Source: a virus. From it: 39,583 nucleotides of DNA. A model generated the notes under the pieces. It did not search any database. It was not told the origin of the DNA and saw only the letters and a program-made list of their open reading frames with translations. Position 1 is the first letter of the stretch, and every line of letters begins with the position of its first letter. The stretch is taken from the IMG/VR virus record IMGVR_UViG_3300005535_000012, positions 1 through 39,583 of that record. One strand, 5' to 3'. Shown one piece after another: positions 8,278 to 17,262 of the stretch. The translations under genes were made by a program, and so were the position numbers.

Positions 8278-10713
8278 CTACGGCCTTCCGTTGCTCCCTC
8301 CGAGAGACCTGACACCCCCGGTGGTAATGGCTGGATACAGGAGCCTCTGGAGTCCGATGTTGCTCGCGACTGGAGCCGCAATACCGGCTGCACGATTGAG
8401 CGCAGGCGCAGCTAATTGCGGATTCAGCAGCATATTAGCAAGATTTGCTTGGATCTGTTCATTGCTTGCGTTCGCAAGTCCGCCAAGCGTACGCCCAGCG
8501 AATGAACCCGCGGCGCTCCCAAGCGTTGCCCCAATGGGACCACCCAACAAATACCCCATCCCCCCTCCGATAGTCCCTCCTACTGTGCCAGCCGGTAGTT
8601 TGCCAACAAGCGCCCCTAGTTTCCCAGGAAGTGCAGCTTGAAGCATATTCTGCGTTGCCAAATTTTGCGCAGTCGAACTTCCGGCTGATCTGCCAAGACC
8701 AGTGCTCGAGGCACGCAGCAAATCATCTCGAATCGCTGTAAGCGCATCGATTTGAGATTGATTTACTGATTTCGCAAGATTAACCCCGGGTTTTTGCTGG
8801 GATTTCTGAATATTAGCTAAGGCATTCTGTACTTTGGAGAGTGTAATGTTTCCTTGCGCATCCGTGAGATTCATACCTTGCAAATACTGCATTGCATCAA
8901 TCGGCCGAGATGCAGCAGCATAAGATCCTCGCGCTTCAGCGTAACCAGGGATCTCCCGGTCCATCAATGACAGCAATTGGTCTTTGACTCCAAGCAAATT
9001 TGAAGCTTTGCTTTTTTCTCCAGCCTGAGCAGCTGAATTGATCTGATCATCGAGAGCCTGCTTTATCCAATGCAGCCCCGTTCCAGAAACGTATGTCTGC
9101 GGGGAACCAAGCGCGCCACCCATGTTGGCATTAGCTTGATTTTGAACGGTAGTCTCAATTGATGGCGACCCTGCATTCTTTGCCATAGTCTGAGCCTGCT
9201 TAAAGGCTGACTGGAATGCAGGAGTCTGCTTAAGAGCAGAATATTCGGTGCTCGATGTTGGGATACCAACGTGCGTCGACAAATAATCTTGGACGGCAGA
9301 TGTGTCTCTGCCGGCTCTAGCGGCAACTAAATCATCCGCAGTTCCTGTAATCCTTTCTAGGGCTCCAAGGCGAGCGGCAGCATTTTGCTGCTCCTGAGCA
9401 ATGAATGGATTCGGACTGATATCTCGAATCGTGCGCTGAAGAGTTGCGATCCCAGGATTTGCCGTAGCTTCAGCCAATGTCGGAGAAGAGCCCGCCACGA
9501 GTTGCGACAGATTAGGAACCGATGGTCCGCCTTGCGCAGCTCTCGCAAGAATATTTTCGGCAATAGCTTGCTGACCAGAATTAGTGAAGGGTTGAAGAGC
9601 CGAACCGATGACATTGCCAGCATATCGCCCTGCACCCACCGCACCCGAAACCAGCGCCGGAGTAGCCGCACCCAGGAGTGCGCCGACTCCCATTTGACGC
9701 AACTTATCCGATCCGTAATTTTGACTGTCCGGAGAAACGGGCGATACTGCGCCCATGGCAGCGCCACTTACAGCCCCGCGTCCAGCAAGACCCAGCAATC
9801 CAGTCCCTACTGGCGCCCCGATAACGAGTGGAGCGGTAGCAGCCATTGCGCCGCCGATGTTGCCAGCGCCAGTTGCAATGGGGTGCGCTTGTTGGTACGG
9901 CGCGACTTCCTGCGCGCCAGCCTGCAATCCTTGGTTCGCATTGTTGACGAGCCAATCACCAGCGCGACCAATTGCTCCGACAAGGCTTTGACCTTGCGGA
10001 GTCATGCCTTGGCCAGTCGTGCCAAGAGATTGCAGGCCATGCCCAAGCAATTGCTGTGCGCCGAGTGCGGTCTCTTGGACACCACGGCCCAAGCCTGCCA
10101 AAAACGATGTGCCTGTTCCCGGCTGCGGCCCGGTTGGCTGCTGCGGAGATGCTTGTGGAGATACTGCCGCCGAATTTGGCGCAGCACTCTTCGTCATCGC
10201 CGCAAAAATCGCATCGTCGGATTGTGGCCCTTGCTGCTGTTGTGCCGGCGCGCCTCCCTTGCTAAACGCAGAGAAGATCGCATCATCACTTTGGGTGCCG
10301 CTAGGTGCAGCAGTCGGGATTCCGGGGAGTACTTGAGGCTGCGTCGGTTGTGATTGCTTTGGCAGATTCGAAAGCACTTTCCCGGGATATGCCTGCGTCA
10401 AAGGCCCCCAATTCTTCTGATCCGTGCCGCCGTGGTATGCGCGTAAAGCATCCTGAACGTTGCCATAGCGGTTCAGGTTTTCATTCAGCAGATTAGCAAT
10501 CGCCGGAATCGCTTGATTCGGGTCAGTTGGATCTTTGACGCCAAGAGCTTGCGCAGTGGCCGGCATAAGCTGTCCAAGACCGACTGCACCAACGGATGAT
10601 TTGGCGTTCGGGTTGCCGCTAGATTCAACCTGGATGACGGCGCGAATCAGCGAAGGATCAATATTGTATTGCTTCGCAGCAGATTGAATGATACTCGAGT
10701 AATCGGCCATCAT
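8278..10713 (-). CDS. Internal virion / ejection protein with N-terminal soluble lytic transglycosylase domain
   Basis: IDPSLIRAVIQVESSGNPNAKSSVGAVGLGQLMPATA (SLT catalytic Glu-Ser motif). 811 aa, Gly/Ala/Gln-rich remainder, Gly-zipper hydrophobic C-terminus. Confidence 0.85.
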   Translation of the reverse strand: MMADYSSIIQSAAKQYNIDPSLIRAVIQVESSGNPNAKSSVGAVGLGQLMPATAQALGVKDPTDPNQAIPAIANLLNENLNRYGNVQDALRAYHGGTDQKNWGPLTQAYPGKVLSNLPKQSQPTQPQVLPGIPTAAPSGTQSDDAIFSAFSKGGAPAQQQQGPQSDDAIFAAMTKSAAPNSAAVSPQASPQQPTGPQPGTGTSFLAGLGRGVQETALGAQQLLGHGLQSLGTTGQGMTPQGQSLVGAIGRAGDWLVNNANQGLQAGAQEVAPYQQAHPIATGAGNIGGAMAATAPLVIGAPVGTGLLGLAGRGAVSGAAMGAVSPVSPDSQNYGSDKLRQMGVGALLGAATPALVSGAVGAGRYAGNVIGSALQPFTNSGQQAIAENILARAAQGGPSVPNLSQLVAGSSPTLAEATANPGIATLQRTIRDISPNPFIAQEQQNAAARLGALERITGTADDLVAARAGRDTSAVQDYLSTHVGIPTSSTEYSALKQTPAFQSAFKQAQTMAKNAGSPSIETTVQNQANANMGGALGSPQTYVSGTGLHWIKQALDDQINSAAQAGEKSKASNLLGVKDQLLSLMDREIPGYAEARGSYAAASRPIDAMQYLQGMNLTDAQGNITLSKVQNALANIQKSQQKPGVNLAKSVNQSQIDALTAIRDDLLRASSTGLGRSAGSSTAQNLATQNMLQAALPGKLGALVGKLPAGTVGGTIGGGMGYLLGGPIGATLGSAAGSFAGRTLGGLANASNEQIQANLANMLLNPQLAAPALNRAAGIAAPVASNIGLQRLLYPAITTGGVRSLGGSNGRP

Positions 10714-12227
10714 TGCCCTCCACCGGGAATTTGAATCACCCCGCTGCGCACGAGATTCCCGAGGTCAGCCTTGAACTTTGCCAATTGTTGCGGGGATTGA
10801 CGCGCGATAAACTTCTGTTGCTGCTGTGGATTCATCGATGTGAAAACAAAGGCGTCAGGATTAACAGCTTTGTTCCACTGAGACTGCCATTGGTTGAACT
10901 TGTCAGTCGTCAGGCCCGAATTCTGGAATGCATAGTCCTGCGCAGCTCGCATCTTCTCGCCAGCGATCGTCTTAGCGAGGATATCTTCGTTCGCCAACTT
11001 CGAAATGCTAGGGTTCGCGTTCCCCGTCACAGCCGCATTCAGGCGAGCATCCGTGCCAGTACCAAGAGAACCGGAGACCGACGAAGCATAGTTCGTCAAG
11101 ATTTTCTTGAACTCGTCATAATTCTGCACATCCCCGGTCCAGCCGATCTGCTTGGCAGTTTCCGGGGCCAGTGCATTGAAAAAGGATTTCGCCTGATTCC
11201 GCCAGTCAGTTCCGGGACCGGTATTGATGCCAGAAAGCGCATCGCGCGCCTGTTCAAGCAAATTGACGCGCATCGGTACATCAGCCGCCGAGTCATGCAG
11301 TTGCTGGGCGGCGGTGTTCGAGGTCGCACCTTGCGCCGTCAATGCGGCTTGCTGGGCTGGCGAAAGCGAAGTTTGGATGCCAGGTGCGCCGCCTTGACCG
11401 CCCTGATCGTAGCGGCCTGTATAGCCACCGCCAGAACCTCCGGCCGGAGCATTCGGGACACCTCCTCCGCCTTGCATCTGAAGCCATTGCGCCGTCGTGA
11501 TTTGACGCTGCTCACCATTCGGTCCAATTATCATCTTGGGAGCAGCCAGTTCCGACGGAGACAGAGCATTTTGCACAGTCGTGCCAACCGTCGATTCTCC
11601 GGTGAGAGGATTACGATTGAGAAGAACGGTTGCGGCACCAGTCTGAACTGGAACGTTCTGCGGCATCAAAGCTTGAATCTTCGCTTCGCCCGATAGCGAG
11701 TTGATCAGATGATTTTGAATCCATTGCGCCTGAGAACGAGGATCGCCGGGAATCGACTGGATCTCACGAATCCCCTGATCGAGAGGCAAAAGGCCGGACT
11801 GCACTGCATCGGAAATCTGTCCGGCAATCTTCGTGGACATATCAGTCTTACCCACTTCCGGATCGACTGCCAGAGAACCAATCATGCCTCGAATACCCTG
11901 CTGCTGCTTCAACGCAAGATCGAGTTTCCCCGTGTCATACTGGAGCTGCGAATTCCGTTGCTGGGCGATTTGCCCCATGAACTGCGGCAAAAACGCTCCT
12001 GCGCCATTCTGCGCGGCGAGAGATTGCAGCTTGTTGAAATCTACCGTTCCATCAGGGTTGACAGATTGCTGATACGCTTGCGAGATAGCTTGATTTGCAC
12101 CAAGCTGCATCTGATTCTGACGCAGGGCGAGCAGACCCGAAGCCGTCTGAATCGGCTGTTGAAGGGCCTGCATCGGGTTTTGCGGCAATTGCCCTTGGAG
12201 GGGTATTGTTGCGTCGATCGGGGGCAT
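10710..12227 (-). CDS. Gln-rich internal virion / ejection protein
   Basis: 505-aa ORF with ATGA coupling to the SLT protein; composition and position match podovirus ejection proteins. Confidence 0.55.
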   Translation of the reverse strand: MPPIDATIPLQGQLPQNPMQALQQPIQTASGLLALRQNQMQLGANQAISQAYQQSVNPDGTVDFNKLQSLAAQNGAGAFLPQFMGQIAQQRNSQLQYDTGKLDLALKQQQGIRGMIGSLAVDPEVGKTDMSTKIAGQISDAVQSGLLPLDQGIREIQSIPGDPRSQAQWIQNHLINSLSGEAKIQALMPQNVPVQTGAATVLLNRNPLTGESTVGTTVQNALSPSELAAPKMIIGPNGEQRQITTAQWLQMQGGGGVPNAPAGGSGGGYTGRYDQGGQGGAPGIQTSLSPAQQAALTAQGATSNTAAQQLHDSAADVPMRVNLLEQARDALSGINTGPGTDWRNQAKSFFNALAPETAKQIGWTGDVQNYDEFKKILTNYASSVSGSLGTGTDARLNAAVTGNANPSISKLANEDILAKTIAGEKMRAAQDYAFQNSGLTTDKFNQWQSQWNKAVNPDAFVFTSMNPQQQQKFIARQSPQQLAKFKADLGNLVRSGVIQIPGGGQ

Positions 12228-12234
12228 ATCTTCC

Positions 12235-12810
12235 TCACAGCAAATAGCCGCGCGATTGCATAAAATCGATCGGATGCTTCGCTTTCTTACTTAGATTACA
12301 CGAAGGGCAAAGAATCTGAAGATTAGTCTTTTCATTTGACCCTCCGAGCTTTATCGGAATTATATGATCAATATGGTACAGAACATTTATTTCAGTCATG
12401 CAACAAGCGCATTTCCCGCTCTGAAGTTTAATCAGATCAATAGCAAACTTATAATTAATGCGTCCGCCATTTGAGCGCCGCCGTGCATTTGACATGCGAA
12501 CATAGAGTTGCACCTTACTGCGATTCTTTTCTACCCATGCATTAGCCGTAGCGCGAGCCGCTTCGCGATTGTTATCGTACCACCTTTTCTTCATGGCAGA
12601 ATGTTTACCAGGGTTATTAGCCTTATATCTACGATCAGCTTCGGCCTGCCTCTTGGCATGAAGTTCAGGATTCAATGCTTTACGAGACCTATAATCGGCA
12701 GACTTGCAGGATTTACACGATGGATAATACCCATCCTTCATCCACTTGGCCTTCGTAAAAAGGTCAAGTTCTTTAACCTCTCCACACTTCGTGCAAGCCT
12801 TTGTCGGCAT
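12235..12810 (-). CDS. Free-standing HNH homing endonuclease
   Basis: C-terminal YHIDHIIPIKLGGSNEKTNLQILCPSCNLSKK HNH/Cys motif plus N-terminal CxxC...CxxC. About 42% GC in a hand-counted 60 nt, against about 62% in the neighbouring gene. Confidence 0.85.
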   Translation of the reverse strand: MPTKACTKCGEVKELDLFTKAKWMKDGYYPSCKSCKSADYRSRKALNPELHAKRQAEADRRYKANNPGKHSAMKKRWYDNNREAARATANAWVEKNRSKVQLYVRMSNARRRSNGGRINYKFAIDLIKLQSGKCACCMTEINVLYHIDHIIPIKLGGSNEKTNLQILCPSCNLSKKAKHPIDFMQSRGYLL

Positions 12811-12818
12811 CTTGCCCT

Positions 12819-13574
12819 CTACTGGAAGAAAATCGGATTGCCTGCTGCTGTCGTGCCATAGATATTGTTGGCCGCGCCAGCGCCAGCACCTCCATTGCCA
12901 AGCAGCGAATACAGCAAACCGCCTTGCCCAATCGAGCCAAGACCGGAATTGATAGCATTCGCCATCCCGATCTTACCTGCTGCTTGAGCATTGGCTCCAG
13001 ATGTCAGGAAATTTCCCGCTTGGTTAGCGGTTTGCAATCCAGCATTGCCAACACCCGCAGCAGCGTTCTGACCTAGACTAACAAGACCAGCTTGACGATT
13101 GTACTGATCGGACTGGATGCCATAGTTGGTCATGAAGTTTTGCAGCGCATTCTGGTATTGCTGTTGGAAAGTTTGATCAGCGAGACCGGTCGTATATTGC
13201 CCGATCCCTTTCGCCTGCGCACCGGACAGGTTCAAGCCTTTCGCGGCCAAAGAGTTATCAACCCCCTTCAAACCTTGCTGAAGGGTAAATTGGTAACCTG
13301 GGGTTTGTTCAAGTTGTGCTTGAGTAGGATTGAACGAAAAATTCATGCCGCCCAATCTACCAAGTTGCCCCTGAAGACCTTGTATGGAACTTGTCCCAAG
13401 ATCCATATAGGGTTGCAGATTTTTCTGCATCTGCTGGAACTGCTGCCACTGGAGATTGGCAGCGTTATTTGCTGCATCCGCCTGAGTCTGAGCAGCGTCT
13501 GATGCGGCACCGGCCGACATGGCAGAGCCCGCCAGACCGGCTGCTGCGCTTACACCAATTGCTGCTGCGACCAT
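12819..13574 (-). CDS. Gln/Gly/Ala-rich internal virion / ejection protein
   Basis: 251-aa low-complexity ORF directly upstream of the other ejection-protein genes. Confidence 0.5.
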   Translation of the reverse strand: MVAAAIGVSAAAGLAGSAMSAGAASDAAQTQADAANNAANLQWQQFQQMQKNLQPYMDLGTSSIQGLQGQLGRLGGMNFSFNPTQAQLEQTPGYQFTLQQGLKGVDNSLAAKGLNLSGAQAKGIGQYTTGLADQTFQQQYQNALQNFMTNYGIQSDQYNRQAGLVSLGQNAAAGVGNAGLQTANQAGNFLTSGANAQAAGKIGMANAINSGLGSIGQGGLLYSLLGNGGAGAGAANNIYGTTAAGNPIFFQ

Positions 13575-13575
13575 A

Positions 13576-14034
13576 TCAATCTCCCAACCATTTCTCGTAG
13601 GTCGTTTCCACTTGCTCGAATCCTAGGAAACGGAACAATGCCGATGCGTCGTGTTGAATCTTGCTGCCAACTGCCCATCGCTGGACGCCACGTCGACGCA
13701 ATTCTTTCTCAACAAAGCGAAACATTCTCGCCCCTGCCAAACCTGTACGCCTATCCTCTCGAACGAAGAAAATATCAGGCGAGCACGTAAGGCAAGTTCG
13801 GTAATGCAGACCGGGCGCGATGAAACAGACAAAATACGCCACAATCTCACCGGCTTCTCGGCCAATCGTCATCATCAGAGAACCGTCTTGCTCACGCGCG
13901 CGGTAGACTTCGACCATCGGCTCAAGCGGGACATCATGATCTTTGTGTGTCGAGATCTCGCCGTAGTGCTGCTCAAGCAGCGGAAGCAGCTCGGCATAGA
14001 CCTGCGAGAATGGCTCGATCGCAAAAGTAATCAT
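13576..14034 (-). CDS. GNAT-family N-acetyltransferase
   Basis: Motif-A-like DRRTGLAGARMFRFVEKELRRRGV and a beta-strand/helix pattern typical of GNAT; ATGA coupling with the upstream gene. Confidence 0.7.
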   Translation of the reverse strand: MITFAIEPFSQVYAELLPLLEQHYGEISTHKDHDVPLEPMVEVYRAREQDGSLMMTIGREAGEIVAYFVCFIAPGLHYRTCLTCSPDIFFVREDRRTGLAGARMFRFVEKELRRRGVQRWAVGSKIQHDASALFRFLGFEQVETTYEKWLGD

Positions 14035-14612
14035 CGTGAAGTCCTGATGTCCACTACCATGCTGATCCGATCAGAGGAACTGTTATTGACAACCTCATGA
14101 ACCTGACTGTTATCGAACCAGAAACAGTCGCCCGTCGTCATGCTGATTTGCTCATCACCTGCCGTCAGGATCGCGCCTGGCAGGCCCTGCAACACCACAT
14201 GGAAACGGGTGTAGTAACACGTCTGTTCCGGCGTATCAGCATGCGCGAAGATACGGCCGCCTGGCACGATCTTGTTAATCATCACGCGCCCAAGACGTTC
14301 GCCAGCAACACGAGCCATCAGGTTCATCACGATAGGACGAGCTTCATGGAGGACCTTGTACGGCGGGTAATCAACTGCTTCGTACTGATCGTAGCCCGCA
14401 AGCTGGTTCTGCTTATAAAGCTCGATCTGCTCTTCGGTGAGGCCTTCCACTTTCTCCGGGAATCGAAGCATGATTGTCTCCGTCTCGCCAAACGGGCCCT
14501 GCGGATAGTGGCGAAGGAACGTATCCTCCTGCCACAATTCAGGGCGACGTTTGATGGCGAGAACAAGCGGATTAACATCTACACCGCTTGCCAAGAGATG
14601 GAAATTACGCAT
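14031..14612 (-). CDS. Aspartyl/asparaginyl beta-hydroxylase-like (cupin, Fe(II)/2-oxoglutarate oxygenase type) protein
   Basis: GGRIFAHADTPE ... WFDNSQVHEVVNNS gives a His-x-Asp...His facial-triad arrangement; the start overlaps the upstream stop (TAATG). Confidence 0.65.
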   Translation of the reverse strand: MRNFHLLASGVDVNPLVLAIKRRPELWQEDTFLRHYPQGPFGETETIMLRFPEKVEGLTEEQIELYKQNQLAGYDQYEAVDYPPYKVLHEARPIVMNLMARVAGERLGRVMINKIVPGGRIFAHADTPEQTCYYTRFHVVLQGLPGAILTAGDEQISMTTGDCFWFDNSQVHEVVNNSSSDRISMVVDIRTSR

Positions 14613-14950
14613 TAGGCCATTCCGCCAATAATGTATTGTTCGCTAGCCGGAGTGATCGCACCAGCAGTAGTATTCACATACTGGATCTGAAGCGTATTCG
14701 CCGCTGACACGAATACATTCCCGATAGACAGACCTGCTTGATGCGAAGGCTTATTCACGTCAATGCTGTCACCTACCGCAAGGCCATTGACAGTGAAGGT
14801 CTGAACAGCAGTCGTATTCGCCGCAACCGAGGCCGGTGTCAACGTCTGCTTGATATTGTACATGCGAGTAATCGTCGTCGCGCCAGCCGATTGCATCTTG
14901 ATGGACGCGGGGGCCAGGATATCAGTTGCAACACCAAGATAATTTGCCAT
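14612..14950 (-). CDS. Small beta-rich virion-associated protein (112 aa)
   Basis: ATG 14950 preceded by AAGGAG; the longer tracked start would overlap the upstream gene. Confidence 0.55.
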   Translation of the reverse strand: MANYLGVATDILAPASIKMQSAGATTITRMYNIKQTLTPASVAANTTAVQTFTVNGLAVGDSIDVNKPSHQAGLSIGNVFVSAANTLQIQYVNTTAGAITPASEQYIIGGMA

Positions 14951-14963
14951 TTCACAACTCCTT

Positions 14964-15308
14964 TTAAGCGCTACCGCTAGTTTCGTAGACACCACCGGCA
15001 ATCGTTACCGATGTATTGGCGGATGCCAAAGCCTGCAAAGTCATGCCTGCCTCAAGTTGCAATCCAATTGCCTGGGGCGGGACATAAGTCTGCCCAGACG
15101 CCAGAGAAAAGGACGACATGATCGTATTCGTTACTCCGGGCGATCCAGCCGATGGAACTCTGTAGAGAGTCACCGTCACAGGGCTGCCTGAAGTATTCGT
15201 GAGCGACAGATTGTTGATAGTGGATGTCGTTCCAGTCGGCGCTGAATAATACGTAGCGGTAGCATTCGTCAACTGTGCCGAAACAATCGCTTTCGGAATT
15301 CGCTGCAT
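14964..15308 (-). CDS. Small Thr/Ser-rich beta-rich virion-associated protein (114 aa)
   Basis: Tracked ORF inside the tail gene block. Confidence 0.55.
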   Translation of the reverse strand: MQRIPKAIVSAQLTNATATYYSAPTGTTSTINNLSLTNTSGSPVTVTLYRVPSAGSPGVTNTIMSSFSLASGQTYVPPQAIGLQLEAGMTLQALASANTSVTIAGGVYETSGSA

Positions 15309-15844
15309 TATCCTAGCCCTTTTACATAAACCTTACTAACTCCAACAGGAATAGCTGAAGTAAAAGTCAGCGTCACTCCGCTCAGAGAATACTGATCATC
15401 CCCTTGGAATATGCCATCGAAATATACCCAAAGCTGGGAGCCATTTGAAAACGAATGACTCAGAATCAGAGATGTTGTAGTGCCAGGAGTAAAATCTGTG
15501 CCACTCGAAAAAGTCTGATCTGATATTGTCCCGGTGGACGCGGTGCCAGTTCCAATCGGAGCAAAGATCATCTCAAGTATTGAATCTTTTTGCCCTGGCA
15601 TGCCGAAAGTTGTCTCTCCAGACAATGCATCCGCACCAAGAATTGGAGAAAGAGGAGAAAAAGTTTCTTCCAGCGCCAATACATCAGCAATCGTCAACGT
15701 ATCGGGAGGAGCACCTCCGCCTCCACCAGTCCGACGCCAAAGTTGGATCAGGAAAATAAACCACGCTTCCGTAACGTTCCCCGTCTGCGGATCTACAAAT
15801 GGGACATTGACGAGCGGGACATCGGTTTGGATAGCGGAAGCCAT
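15308..15844 (-). CDS. Short tail-fibre-like protein (N-terminal anchor plus a domain shared with the tailspike)
   Basis: ATG 15844 lies 2 nt after the upstream stop. N-terminus VPLVNVPFVDPQTGNVTEAWFIFLIQLWRRTGG is typical of podovirus fibres. The C-terminal 70 aa are about 50% identical to tailspike residues 95-167. Confidence 0.6.
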   Translation of the reverse strand: MASAIQTDVPLVNVPFVDPQTGNVTEAWFIFLIQLWRRTGGGGGAPPDTLTIADVLALEETFSPLSPILGADALSGETTFGMPGQKDSILEMIFAPIGTGTASTGTISDQTFSSGTDFTPGTTTSLILSHSFSNGSQLWVYFDGIFQGDDQYSLSGVTLTFTSAIPVGVSKVYVKGLG

Positions 15845-15846
15845 GA

Positions 15847-17262
15847 TCACTCGTTGTTCGATTCGGCCTGAACCCAAGCTCCAAGAAGCGAAGTTTCGAC
15901 CGGAGCTGACCATGAAAGCTCGAATACGCGGTCACGCGCCATCCCGAGCCGCTTGAACTGCAACGACGTCAGATATTCCCCTTCCTTGCCAAGACTGATG
16001 CTAATGGCGTTTCCCCATGACTTACCGCGAGTATCGCTCCAACGAAGGAAGACAGGAACAGGTCCATAGTTATTCCCGTTCCCGACTTCCATGTTCGCAA
16101 TGAACTCGCGGTAGTGGATCCGGCTAGAATTCCCATCTACACCGTGGGCAAAAGAACGAATCCTAGGAATGGGGTTTCCGTTGTCAGTGAAGTTATTCAC
16201 ATCCCACAGATACAAATTCCCGTTCTCCCAATCGCCAACGATGGGCATGCCATATGCCGATGCATAGCAGTTGGCACGATGACGGTTCAATCCGCCATTC
16301 TGGTCAACCCAATTAAGTTCGTTCCACTGCTGAGTTGACAAATCGTACTGCCACGTTTTATTGGCAGTCGGAAAGGTCAAGACATAGAAGAAATGACCTT
16401 CTATCTGGTATGTGAATCCAATCGCATCATCAACACGAGAATAAGTAGCGATCTCGTTATCGAGAGCAAATGTCGAAATCTGAGAAGCGTTGAATTGCTG
16501 GCTGCGGTTCACATAGCATGTGCCCTGCTCTGACTTTGCCAGCCAATATACCTCGCCATCCATCTGAGCAATAGAGCCGACTGCTGCGCAACCATGTTGC
16601 ATGAAGACGCCCGGCAGACGCTCGAACGGGAACGTAGTATCCCCTGCGTTAAACCATACTTCTGTCGTCACTTCACCCAAAAGATAAATATATCTCTTTG
16701 TAACGCCGATGCCGATCAGATTGTCTGAAAACGCTGACTTTGATGCGAAATCTGTAGCGTCAAAGACGATTTCATCGTTAAGTGAAATGTACCATTGGCG
16801 CGTGCCGGGTACATTCAGAACCAGAAATCCATCCACAAAACGCACGATATTGCCTCCAGCGAAAGAGGCATCTGTGATCGATGAAAACGTATCATCTTTC
16901 AGCTTTATCGTATATCCGTTAGCCGTCCCATCGACCATCACCACATACGTTGCATTGTCGATCATCGATACGGGGCCAGAATTCGTTCCGATCGAACCGA
17001 GCAATTTCAGCGTGAAATCTGAATTGATACGGTAGACAGACGAACCGCACACGCCATAAAGGATGCCATTAGACGCCGAATAAAGGCCGCGCCAACCTGA
17101 GTCAGTAGCCGTGGCCTTCAGGGTGAGACCGGGGCTAAGATAGTAGGTATAAGGGAAAGATGCATCCTGGGGATTTTTCTCCCCATAGAGATTGATGCAG
17201 CGCTGAGCCTCCACAACGAGACTCTTCGCCATGTAGGCGCCAGTTGTGAGTGGCACTTTCAC
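15847..17262 (-). CDS. P22 gp10-like tail hub / packaged-DNA stabilisation protein
   Basis: 471 aa (P22 gp10 is 472 aa), located downstream of a P22-type coat module; GTGA coupling. Confidence 0.45.
   Translation of the reverse strand: MKVPLTTGAYMAKSLVVEAQRCINLYGEKNPQDASFPYTYYLSPGLTLKATATDSGWRGLYSASNGILYGVCGSSVYRINSDFTLKLLGSIGTNSGPVSMIDNATYVVMVDGTANGYTIKLKDDTFSSITDASFAGGNIVRFVDGFLVLNVPGTRQWYISLNDEIVFDATDFASKSAFSDNLIGIGVTKRYIYLLGEVTTEVWFNAGDTTFPFERLPGVFMQHGCAAVGSIAQMDGEVYWLAKSEQGTCYVNRSQQFNASQISTFALDNEIATYSRVDDAIGFTYQIEGHFFYVLTFPTANKTWQYDLSTQQWNELNWVDQNGGLNRHRANCYASAYGMPIVGDWENGNLYLWDVNNFTDNGNPIPRIRSFAHGVDGNSSRIHYREFIANMEVGNGNNYGPVPVFLRWSDTRGKSWGNAISISLGKEGEYLTSLQFKRLGMARDRVFELSWSAPVETSLLGAWVQAESNNE

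Noticed and set aside
8152-8415. 87-aa plus-strand ORF starting in the 8043-8277 intergenic region
   Set aside because: It runs 138 nt antisense into the well-supported SLT-protein gene, and it has no SD.
9385-11696. Plus-strand ORFs of 322 aa (9385-10353) and 327 aa (10713-11696)
   Set aside because: They are antisense to the SLT-domain and Gln-rich ejection-protein genes. Their Arg/Ser/Cys-rich sequences have no motifs, and the true genes on the minus strand have clear domain and coupling evidence.
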